Shown here piece by piece: positions 25,676 through 32,000 of a stretch of 32,000 nucleotides of DNA. Where the stretch lies: assembly GCF_001481685.1 (NCBI RefSeq), contig NZ_CP006867.1, forward strand, positions 60,001 to 92,000, written 5' to 3'. How positions within the stretch are numbered: the stretch's first letter is position 1; each line of letters begins with the position of its first letter. Made by a program: the position numbers and the translations under genes. Origin of the DNA: Ignicoccus islandicus DSM 13165. Lineage in GTDB: Archaea > Thermoproteota > Thermoprotei_A > Sulfolobales > Ignicoccaceae. The notes beneath the pieces were generated by a model that saw nothing but the letters and a program-made list of their open reading frames with translations, searched no databases and was not told the origin of the DNA.

Positions 25676-26878
25676 TTGGGTCTCACGAAACTCAATCCCG
25701 TTGAGAAAGTGATTAACGAAATTTACCCATACTTTTCTTCTATAACAGTAACAACTGTTCGCTTCAATGAAGCCACCTCTAGGTACTCTGCTCAAAGAGT
25801 CGTTGCGGTAGAAGACAATCCTCCCGTACCGAAGTCCGTCCTAGATGGGTTCGCCGTCAACTCCGAGGACGTTTTCGGTGCTTCAGAATATTCACCCATA
25901 GAGTTAGAAATAGGAAAGGAATGGAAACCAGGAGTAGCTGTCTACGTCAATACGGGGGATCCTTTACCTCAGGGTACTGATACGGTAATTCCTATTGAGG
26001 CCGTGAAGGTCGTCGGTAACAAAGTGCTAGTATTCAAACAATACCCTCCGGGTAATGCAGTAGCTAAAATTGGCGAGGATCTAAGGAAGGGCGAAACTAT
26101 AATTGACAAAGGCGTTCTAATTAGACCATGGCACGTAGCGGCCTTGGCGTCTCAAGGAATAATAGAGGTTGATGTGATCGATCCTAAGATAGCTGTTGCT
26201 GCCACGGGCGACGAGATCGTGGAACCGTGGGAGGGTAACGGCGTTAGGAACAGTACGGCTTGGCTAGTTGCAAGTTTCTTCCGAGAAAGAATTGGTTCGG
26301 TACCCTCTTATCATGGAATATTAAGAGACGATGAGGAAGCCATTAAAAATTTCGTTGAAGTAGCCTTAGATAAGTACGACATAGTAATAACCACTGGAGG
26401 CTCCAGCGTAGGCAAGAGAGACATATCGGTAAAGGTCATGGAAAAACTTGCGGATAAATGGATACATGGAGTCGCTCTCACACCCGGAAGACCTCTGGGC
26501 ATAGGCGTTAGGGACGGTAAACTGATGGTGTCTCTTTCAGGATATCCCGTGGCAGCGCTCTCTCAACTAGAGGTCGTAGTATGGCCAATCATCAAGAAAG
26601 CGCACGAATTAAAGGAACCTCCCAGACCTAAGGTAAGAGCCAAGCTAAAGAGGAGACTGCCCGTTACCCCTAACATGCTTCACCTCTATAGGGTCGTCGT
26701 GTGTTCGAGGGAAGGTGAGCTCTGGGTCGAACCTCTCAGGCTTACGGGCTCGGGCATACTTTCCTCTTTGATTAAATCTAACGGCATAGTGGTAGCTGGT
26801 GTGAGAGGCGAAACGGGGTACGACGCTGGCGATGAAATAGAGGTAGAACTAATAGGAGATATAGTTCCATGTAAATAA
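25676..26878 (+). CDS. moeA: Molybdopterin molybdenumtransferase MoeA
   Basis: LDGFAV, NTGDPLPQGTDTVIPIE, ATGDEIV and TTGGSSVGKRD. TTG start. Confidence 0.85.
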   Translation: MGLTKLNPVEKVINEIYPYFSSITVTTVRFNEATSRYSAQRVVAVEDNPPVPKSVLDGFAVNSEDVFGASEYSPIELEIGKEWKPGVAVYVNTGDPLPQGTDTVIPIEAVKVVGNKVLVFKQYPPGNAVAKIGEDLRKGETIIDKGVLIRPWHVAALASQGIIEVDVIDPKIAVAATGDEIVEPWEGNGVRNSTAWLVASFFRERIGSVPSYHGILRDDEEAIKNFVEVALDKYDIVITTGGSSVGKRDISVKVMEKLADKWIHGVALTPGRPLGIGVRDGKLMVSLSGYPVAALSQLEVVVWPIIKKAHELKEPPRPKVRAKLKRRLPVTPNMLHLYRVVVCSREGELWVEPLRLTGSGILSSLIKSNGIVVAGVRGETGYDAGDEIEVELIGDIVPCK

Positions 26879-26881
26879 AAA

Positions 26882-27169
26882 TTACTTTAAGGTTATTTCG
26901 CCTTTCTTTACTTTCTCTTCTAACATTCTGAGCTTATACCTAAGTAGAGTTGGCGGAACCCTTCCCAACCACGCGGGCATCTTCTTTACGAACTCATATG
27001 CCTCTTCCCAGCTTTCTAGGCCTAGCTCGTTCGCCAGTTGCTCCAGGCTCATTTCAGTATGTAAGTATACTCTTATTTTTCTTAGGACCTCTTCAGTTAG
27101 TTCTATTTCCTTTGCGTTCTCCCCTTCGCCGATCCTAACTACTAGGGTAATTCCCCCCTCTTCAGCCAC
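26882..27169 (-). CDS. Hypothetical small protein (95 aa) with a possible helix-turn-helix segment
   Basis: The segment MSLEQLANELGLESWEEAYEFV looks HTH-like. It lies 38 nt downstream of the V4R gene on the same strand. Confidence 0.45.
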   Translation of the reverse strand: MAEEGGITLVVRIGEGENAKEIELTEEVLRKIRVYLHTEMSLEQLANELGLESWEEAYEFVKKMPAWLGRVPPTLLRYKLRMLEEKVKKGEITLK

Positions 27170-27207
27170 GTCTAATCCCGCATCTCATCTGTGGACTAGG
27201 GTATAAA

Positions 27208-27699
27208 TCATTGCATTTCGCGTACATGTATTAAGCACTTTTCGTCGTTCACTGAATCATCAATCTGTACTTGCCACTTTTTGTTAGTTAGAGTTTCCAA
27301 GATGCCTTTTATTATTCCAGCTTCGAACCTGCATTTCTTAAGTCCTTCTCCTTTATACCTTAACGAAGGCGGCCTTTCTATTATAACGTCAAAGTGATCG
27401 CCGTGTCTCTCTAGCTTAGTTATTCCGAATCCGCTCCTTGTTAAGTACTCGTCAATAGCTTCTATTATGTCGCCTTCTTCGTTGCTCTTCATCTGATGGC
27501 TTACTATTTCAGCTAACGTGCGGCCTATGCTTCTACCGATTTCCATTAAATGGACGTTTGCGGCTGTACCAACTATTTGATATAATCTATTTCCTATTTT
27601 GGTAATGGTAGACGCGGGTAATATTAGGTAGTCCTCCTCGCTACCTTCTATCCTTAGTATGCCGTTTTCATCTAACTTTATTGCATACGCTTCTTCCAT
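27208..27699 (-). CDS. V4R-domain (4-vinyl-reductase-like, small-molecule/redox-sensing) protein
   Basis: GRSIGRTLAEIV...GFGITKLE...KKCRFEAGIIKGILETL...EKCLIHV. This is the V4R layout with the two characteristic cysteines. Confidence 0.5.
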   Translation of the reverse strand: MEEAYAIKLDENGILRIEGSEEDYLILPASTITKIGNRLYQIVGTAANVHLMEIGRSIGRTLAEIVSHQMKSNEEGDIIEAIDEYLTRSGFGITKLERHGDHFDVIIERPPSLRYKGEGLKKCRFEAGIIKGILETLTNKKWQVQIDDSVNDEKCLIHVREMQ

Positions 27700-27731
27700 T
27701 ACACTTCCCCGTAAGTAGCGACGTCATAATA

Positions 27732-27760
27732 GTTTAAAGATGAGGAGGGGTACTTTAAAC
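27732..27760. promoter_or_regulatory. Inverted pair of TATA-like boxes, GTTTAAAG-N13-CTTTAAAC, upstream of the V4R gene
   Basis: Read directly from the sequence: perfect 8-bp arms. The proximal arm is centred about 36 nt upstream of the ATG at 27699. Confidence 0.3.
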
Positions 27761-27831
27761 ACCTATTTAATAATCGAATATGAACTAATTATATTAGTTG
27801 ATAGAATCTAAAAGAAAATTTATAAATGATC

Positions 27832-28107
27832 TTAAAGTTGAATCTGAGATACTGTGAACTTATAGAGCTTCTTTAGACAATTAGCGCAAATGTAACCGCC
27901 GTACGGTCTTTCAGGTCTCTTTTCGGTCTTCGCCATTCCTCTTAATTCTACAGGTCTCGCCCTCGGAACGCCGTTTAGCGGCTTACCGCAGATGGCGCAC
28001 TTAGCTTGCGAAGGCTTCCTTTTTTCGAAATGAACTACAGTTCTTCCTCCCGGCGTCCTCTTGTACACTCTCCTTCTACTTCTAGACCTGTACGCGGGTC
28101 TGACCAT
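27832..28107 (-). CDS. rpl34e: 50S ribosomal protein L34e
   Basis: [47 protein letters not shown]...YGGYICANC. The ATG at 28107 is preceded by GGGGTG; the track ORF's extra 7 codons are unlikely to be translated. Confidence 0.88.
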   Translation of the reverse strand: MVRPAYRSRSRRRVYKRTPGGRTVVHFEKRKPSQAKCAICGKPLNGVPRARPVELRGMAKTEKRPERPYGGYICANCLKKLYKFTVSQIQL

Positions 28108-28141
28108 TCCTGAACACCCCGAGAGCAAGCCCCTTACTGTT

Positions 28142-28741
28142 TTAGATCTTTTCTATCGCTTCTACCACTTTCTTCGCGGCTTCCTCGACCGCCCCCTCCC
28201 TATTGTATACTACGTTAACAGCAGCGCCTACTAGAACTGCGGAAGCAATCGCGCTATTCCTAGCAAACTCCATGAATCTCCTTAGGAACTCTACATCGGA
28301 GTAATCTTTCCTGACCCTCCCGACGTCCTTCGCTTGCCTCGCAGCGATCTCTTCTGGGGAAGCTTCTATAACGAAAATAATTGCTGGATTGAGGCCCTCT
28401 ACTACGTGTTTGGGAAGGCCAGGCCACACGCCGGTGGGCGTGTTTATCGCTGCGTGCGTATCAACGATTAGAACTCCATCGTCACCTAGTTCCTTTTTCG
28501 CGTCTTCTACTATCGCCTTAGCCGCCAGTGCTTGCAACTCCCTTTGTTGGCTCAAGTTCAGCTTTCTCATCTCGTCTCTGTGCTCTACCCACCCTCTTTC
28601 CTTCGCCACTTTGAACATGTAATCACCGAAGTTGGATACCTTTACTTTGACTCCCTTTTCCTTGAGTATTTCAACCGCCTTGGTGGTAACGGTGGTCTTA
28701 CCTACGCCCGGAACACCGGTAGCAATTACGACCTTCAACAT
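28142..28741 (-). CDS. adkA: Archaeal-type adenylate kinase
   Basis: P-loop [10 protein letters not shown], then [15 protein letters not shown] and [13 protein letters not shown]. It is collinear with the Sulfolobus AdkA pattern and starts 6 nt after secY. Confidence 0.9.
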   Translation of the reverse strand: MLKVVIATGVPGVGKTTVTTKAVEILKEKGVKVKVSNFGDYMFKVAKERGWVEHRDEMRKLNLSQQRELQALAAKAIVEDAKKELGDDGVLIVDTHAAINTPTGVWPGLPKHVVEGLNPAIIFVIEASPEEIAARQAKDVGRVRKDYSDVEFLRRFMEFARNSAIASAVLVGAAVNVVYNREGAVEEAAKKVVEAIEKI

Positions 28742-28747
28742 GGGATC

Positions 28748-30172
28748 TCACTCCCCCAGAATCTTCCTTAGTAGCGGATAAGTCTCTATTGCTCTCTCGA
28801 AGCTCAACATTGTGTAGTACTGTACCAATATCATTGTTGCTAGCAGTAGACCGGTACCGGTTCCATACGCTCCGAAAATGTCTGCTACTATAACTAGTCC
28901 AGCTACTATTATACTCGAAAGTATGGTTAGTGGGTAAATGTACTTAGCTAGCACTCTCTCGAGGTGCCTCGGATCAGTTCTCGCACCTGGTATTTGCATT
29001 CCAGACTCTATTAAGTTCCTAGCTTGGGTCTTAGGATCTAGACCGGAGAGCTCTACCCATAGAATACCGAAGGCTATTGAGAGTAAGGTTAAGGCTACTG
29101 AGTATACTAACATCCTAAGGGGTTCGTGAATTACCATTAGGAGACCTCTCGGAGGCGAGAGGAAGTAGGCTAATTGCGCTAGTGGGCTATTTGGTGCGGA
29201 CTGAGCTATTGCTTGAACGTTCGCGAAAACTATTGCTGCAAGTAACACGGGTATGTTAGTTACGTAGAGCAAGTTAAGTGGAATCTTGGTCCTGAGACCC
29301 CTCATTCTATGCATTGCTACCGGTACGTTGACCTTCACTGAGCTGAGGTACGCTATTAAGATGATCATCGCTATTGTTGCTAAGAAACCGATCAAGTCTG
29401 GCATTGCGCCTATTTGGGTTCCAGGGACTTTGGGTAGGCCGAGCGGGTTGCCAATTATTACTTTATCTAACCCGACCATTAACGCAGAGGGGATTAAGCC
29501 GGCCCATATAACCTTACCGGCTTGTTCGAACCACCCACCTAGTTCCCACGCTATTCCGGAAATGACTCCAGCCGTTATGAACAAGCTTATACCGCTTCCT
29601 ATTCCCCAACCCTTTTGGACCATTTCGTCCATCATGATAATAATTACAGTGGACGCGGCGAGTAAGATGGCGTCCAAGAGCATTATTGGAAACGGGGGAG
29701 CGTTGCTTACGACGACTCCCCCCTGACCTACGGAATACCACAAGCTTCCAGATAGAACCAGACCGAATGCCTCCACTACTCCCAGCAAGACGGCGAAGCC
29801 CTTCTGTGCTAACGTGAACAGCTTCTTGTCCTCGGGGTCCGTTATATCAAGTTCAATCAACTTTGCGCCAGCGAGCAATTCCAGCACTAGACCAGCGGTA
29901 ACTATCGGTCCTATACCTAGTTGGGTCAATGTACCCGTGTTGGCGGCGAAGACTATGTTCATTAGTAGGACTTGAGGCGAAGTAACGACGTTAACGCCTA
30001 CGAGCGGTATATTACTCATGATCAAATAGGCTATTAGCACTAAAGCGGTCCAGAAGATCCTCTTGTATAGGTCGGGCTTCTTGGCTGGCCTTGGAGTAGA
30101 CGGTATATACGTTCCTATTGTCGCCAAAACGTCCAAGAACTTCTTACCCAAGTCCTCGTACAACTTTCGCAT
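28748..30172 (-). CDS. secY: Preprotein translocase subunit SecY
   Basis: A 10-TM protein with the motifs GIGPIVTAG, MDEMVQKGWGIGSGISLFI and NIPVLLA. The ATG at 30172 is preferred over the TTG at 30193, because a TATA-like TTTATTAGTAA starts 24 nt upstream of it. Confidence 0.92.
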   Translation of the reverse strand: MRKLYEDLGKKFLDVLATIGTYIPSTPRPAKKPDLYKRIFWTALVLIAYLIMSNIPLVGVNVVTSPQVLLMNIVFAANTGTLTQLGIGPIVTAGLVLELLAGAKLIELDITDPEDKKLFTLAQKGFAVLLGVVEAFGLVLSGSLWYSVGQGGVVVSNAPPFPIMLLDAILLAASTVIIIMMDEMVQKGWGIGSGISLFITAGVISGIAWELGGWFEQAGKVIWAGLIPSALMVGLDKVIIGNPLGLPKVPGTQIGAMPDLIGFLATIAMIILIAYLSSVKVNVPVAMHRMRGLRTKIPLNLLYVTNIPVLLAAIVFANVQAIAQSAPNSPLAQLAYFLSPPRGLLMVIHEPLRMLVYSVALTLLSIAFGILWVELSGLDPKTQARNLIESGMQIPGARTDPRHLERVLAKYIYPLTILSSIIVAGLVIVADIFGAYGTGTGLLLATMILVQYYTMLSFERAIETYPLLRKILGE

Positions 30173-30193
30173 CCCACCATGTGGGAGGGACAA

Positions 30194-30204
30194 TTACTAA
30201 TAAA
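30194..30204 (-). promoter_or_regulatory. Putative secY TATA box (TTTATTAGTAA on the minus strand), implying a leaderless or near-leaderless mRNA
   Basis: It is centred about 27 nt upstream of the ATG at 30172. Confidence 0.35.
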
Positions 30205-30425
30205 GGCCTCTTGAGGACCAGTATAATATTCCAGAGACATTTCGGATTCAGAAGCAATTGTATCTTCAAAGTAATATATCATAATTGTTCTATTAAATGA
30301 GATTTTATTGTAGGTCTTATATCTTTCACGTAATCTAGGCTCTAATCAATGGGATTTAAACGGTTCAGTATACGAAGCTTTTAATTCAAACTTCGTTATC
30401 TAAATATAGAATAAAGAGACTAAAA

Positions 30426-30440
30426 CTTATTAAATAAAGC
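30426..30440 (+). promoter_or_regulatory. Putative tRNA-Leu TATA box (CTTATTAAATAAAGC)
   Basis: It is centred about 29 nt upstream of tRNA nucleotide 1 (30463). Confidence 0.4.
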
Positions 30441-30462
30441 TCCGCGAAGCATTCCGGAAATT

Positions 30463-30550
30463 GCGGGGGTGCCCGAGCCTGGCCAAAGGGGGCGGGCTTA
30501 AGACCCGCTGGCGTAGGCCTGCGTGGGTTCAAATCCCACCCCCCGCACCA
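30463..30550 (+). tRNA. tRNA-Leu(UAA), class II with a long variable arm; CCA encoded; no intron
   Basis: Acceptor GCGGGGG/CCCCCGC, anticodon stem-loop GCGGG-CTTAAGA-CCCGC, variable arm TGGCGTAGGCCTGCG, T arm GTGGG-TTCAAAT-CCCAC, and A73-CCA. Confidence 0.9.
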
Positions 30551-31619
30551 AGTACCTATCCCGCTTCTTTATCCTGTAATCCCCTAATACAGTATAAGCC
30601 TCCCTTAGTATAATGACCGAGACGTAGTTCATCACGTTCAACGGGAAGACGCGGCCGTGAAGAGCGTACGCAAACCTCAGCATTTTGCAGTATATTGGAT
30701 TGAGTTCGAGGGAATGTTCGTGTACGACGCCACTGCACTTTAGATATTTATCTAAATCGAACGTATTTATTGATAGTCTCTTCGAATATAGGCTAATTGC
30801 GCTCACGCCTAGTCCAACGAACTGATATCCCTTAGAGACGTATTCATCGTAGATCTTGTTCTGAGCCTTAGTAAAGGTCCACGCGTTAGTCATTACGTAG
30901 CCGTGACGCTTCATTACATTTACTATTTCGTTGTACAACTTCAACCTCTCTAGTTCGCTGCCTCGAGGTAGAGGGGGCATTAAGGGATACAAGGTTACTT
31001 GGGGGACCCCTAGTTTAGCTATTTGGGAGATTTCGCTCAATGGCGTATCTAAGTCCCATATGAAGTCTACATTCGCGATATCGTATCTCTTAGATAGCAG
31101 GACGTCTAAAGCCCTTAACGTCGTCTCCAAGTCAATGCCTCTACCTAGCTTCTTCAATCTATTTGGATCTAACGATTGAACTCCCATACTAACCCTAACG
31201 ACCTTTTTCTCATCTATATAGTCTAATGCATTAAGCTCCACTACGTCCAAGGGAGCCACTTCAACGGATATGGACGGCTTCCAAAGCTCCCATATCTCAT
31301 CTATTAGCTCTCCTAGTTCGTCTGGAAGGCAAGATGGCGAGCCACCGCCTACGTAGACCTCTATCACGTCCAAGTCCTTGGAATATACTTCCATTACGTC
31401 CTTCCTTAACTTCTCGAAGTACCTCTTAGCTACGTCCGTTTTGAAGGGGTACCTCACGAAGTGACAGAACTTGCATAACCTCCGGCAGAACGGGACGTGA
31501 AGGTATAGACCGATCTCTTCGTTGCTAACGCTTAACTGCCTTGGTGGAGAGCTCTCAAGCTTTTCTAGTAACATTGAGGTAATCGATCTAGACATTGCGG
31601 AGATTGCTTGCAGAATCAT
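30498..31619 (-). CDS. Radical SAM protein of the HemN/HemW (oxygen-independent coproporphyrinogen oxidase-like) family
   Basis: CxxxCxxC in HVPFCRRLCKFCHF and GGGSPS in VYVGGGSPSCLP. 373 aa. The last 17 codons plus the stop are antisense to tRNA-Leu. Confidence 0.8.
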   Translation of the reverse strand: MILQAISAMSRSITSMLLEKLESSPPRQLSVSNEEIGLYLHVPFCRRLCKFCHFVRYPFKTDVAKRYFEKLRKDVMEVYSKDLDVIEVYVGGGSPSCLPDELGELIDEIWELWKPSISVEVAPLDVVELNALDYIDEKKVVRVSMGVQSLDPNRLKKLGRGIDLETTLRALDVLLSKRYDIANVDFIWDLDTPLSEISQIAKLGVPQVTLYPLMPPLPRGSELERLKLYNEIVNVMKRHGYVMTNAWTFTKAQNKIYDEYVSKGYQFVGLGVSAISLYSKRLSINTFDLDKYLKCSGVVHEHSLELNPIYCKMLRFAYALHGRVFPLNVMNYVSVIILREAYTVLGDYRIKKRDRYLVRGVGFEPTQAYASGS

Positions 31620-31629
31620 CGATTAGACC

Positions 31630-31645
31630 AACTGAACGTTCAGTT
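31630..31645. promoter_or_regulatory. Perfect 16-bp palindrome AACTGAACGTTCAGTT in the divergent radical-SAM / rmlC intergenic region; candidate dimeric transcription-factor site
   Basis: Read directly from the sequence. It lies 11 nt from the radical SAM start (31619) and 66 nt from the rmlC ATG (31711). Confidence 0.4.
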
Positions 31646-31710
31646 AAGAGGTTAAATTCGTTGTAGAAATCATATAGACGTTTCCTCAGTAAGAAACGTA
31701 GGTGAACCGA

Positions 31711-32000
31711 ATGCCTTTCTTAAAGTTTGAGAGATTGGAAATACCGGATGTTATATTAATAGAACCTAAAGTGTTCCCGGATCACAGGGGCTTCTTTAAG
31801 GAAATATGGAAGCGAACGCCGTTTCTATCTAACGGCATTCCCTACGATTTCGTCCAAGCTAACGTTAGTTTGAGTAAGAAGTACGTGGTTAGAGGCCTAC
31901 ACTACCAATTGAAGCCTTCCGAAATGGGGAAGCTCGTGATGGTCTTGAAAGGTAAGGTTTTCGACGTTGCCGTTGATATAAGAAAGGGGTCTCCTTACTA
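31711..32000 (+). CDS. rmlC: dTDP-4-dehydrorhamnose 3,5-epimerase (RmlC); 5' part only, runs off the window
   Basis: My translation is MPFLKFERLEIPDVILIEPKVFPDHRGFFKE...VQANVSLSKKYVVRGLHYQ...GKLVMVLKGKVFDVAVDIRKGSPY. These are the canonical RmlC motifs. Confidence 0.85.
   Translation, partial: MPFLKFERLEIPDVILIEPKVFPDHRGFFKEIWKRTPFLSNGIPYDFVQANVSLSKKYVVRGLHYQLKPSEMGKLVMVLKGKVFDVAVDIRKGSPY

Noticed and set aside
30118-30300. A 60-aa plus-strand ORF spanning the secY start and the AT-rich spacer.
   Set aside because: It overlaps the secY 5' end in antisense, has low-complexity composition, and has no start context or motif.
30349-30365. TGGGATTTAAACGGTTC resembles the reverse complement of a tRNA T-arm (GGGATTTGAACCC). 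It raised the idea of a tRNA fragment or att-site remnant from an integrated element at tRNA-Leu.
   Set aside because: The match is only about 11/15 in AT-rich DNA, with no flanking acceptor-stem match. No integrase, direct repeat of the tRNA 3' half, or viral/plasmid genes are nearby.
1-32000. A window-wide search for CRISPR arrays, IS elements/transposases, integrases, toxin-antitoxin pairs and long direct or inverted repeats.
   Set aside because: I saw no regularly spaced repeats, no transposase or integrase motifs in any ORF, and no long terminal repeats. By-eye scanning cannot exclude short or diverged repeats; a self-dot-plot would settle it.

Overview
The window is a gene-dense (about 38 genes), mostly housekeeping chromosomal segment from a thermophilic crenarchaeon (Thermoproteota). 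All calls come from motif recognition in the translations and from reading the DNA; no homology search was possible.

Evidence for the lineage:
- Archaeal-type adenylate kinase, ribosomal proteins L34e and uL6, SecY and the RtcB RNA ligase are present.
- One tRNA carries a bulge-helix-bulge (BHB) intron at a non-canonical position.
- TTTAWA-type TATA boxes sit about 25-35 nt upstream of start codons, so mRNAs are leaderless or have short leaders.
- AGG/AGA/ATA-rich codon use; TTG and GTG starts are frequent.

Contents, left to right:
- rpl6 (partial) and a cbiMNQO cobalt/nickel ECF transporter operon.
- A CBS-protein/methyltransferase pair, sfsA, a cysteine-synthase-family enzyme and an AtoB-type thiolase.
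- tRNA-Pro(CGG) with a 39-nt intron.
- A multi-[4Fe-4S] protein followed by a PurF paralog lacking its catalytic Cys1.
- 4-hydroxybutyryl-CoA dehydratase and a GT2 glycosyltransferase.
- An orphan NurA-like nuclease tightly coupled to two small membrane proteins.
- CBS and PhoU/TrkA-C sensor proteins and a second methyltransferase.
- sucCD plus an iron-type alcohol dehydrogenase, then a polyprenol-kinase-like membrane protein.
- rtcB, moeA, and a V4R protein with a small HTH-like protein.
- rpl34e-adkA-secY, tRNA-Leu(UAA), a HemW-like radical SAM gene and rmlC (partial).

I see no CRISPR array, transposase, integrase or recognisable defence system, and no convincing complete novel multi-gene system. 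The candidates most worth follow-up are:
1. The polyferredoxin/Zn-ribbon protein plus Cys-less PurF pair (7934-10739).
2. The NurA-like/small-membrane-protein operon with its 108-bp convergent overlap (13996-16158).
3. The non-canonical tRNA-Pro intron.
4. The scattered 4-hydroxybutyrate-cycle gene set.
5. The radical SAM ORF that terminates inside the anticodon loop of an antisense tRNA.
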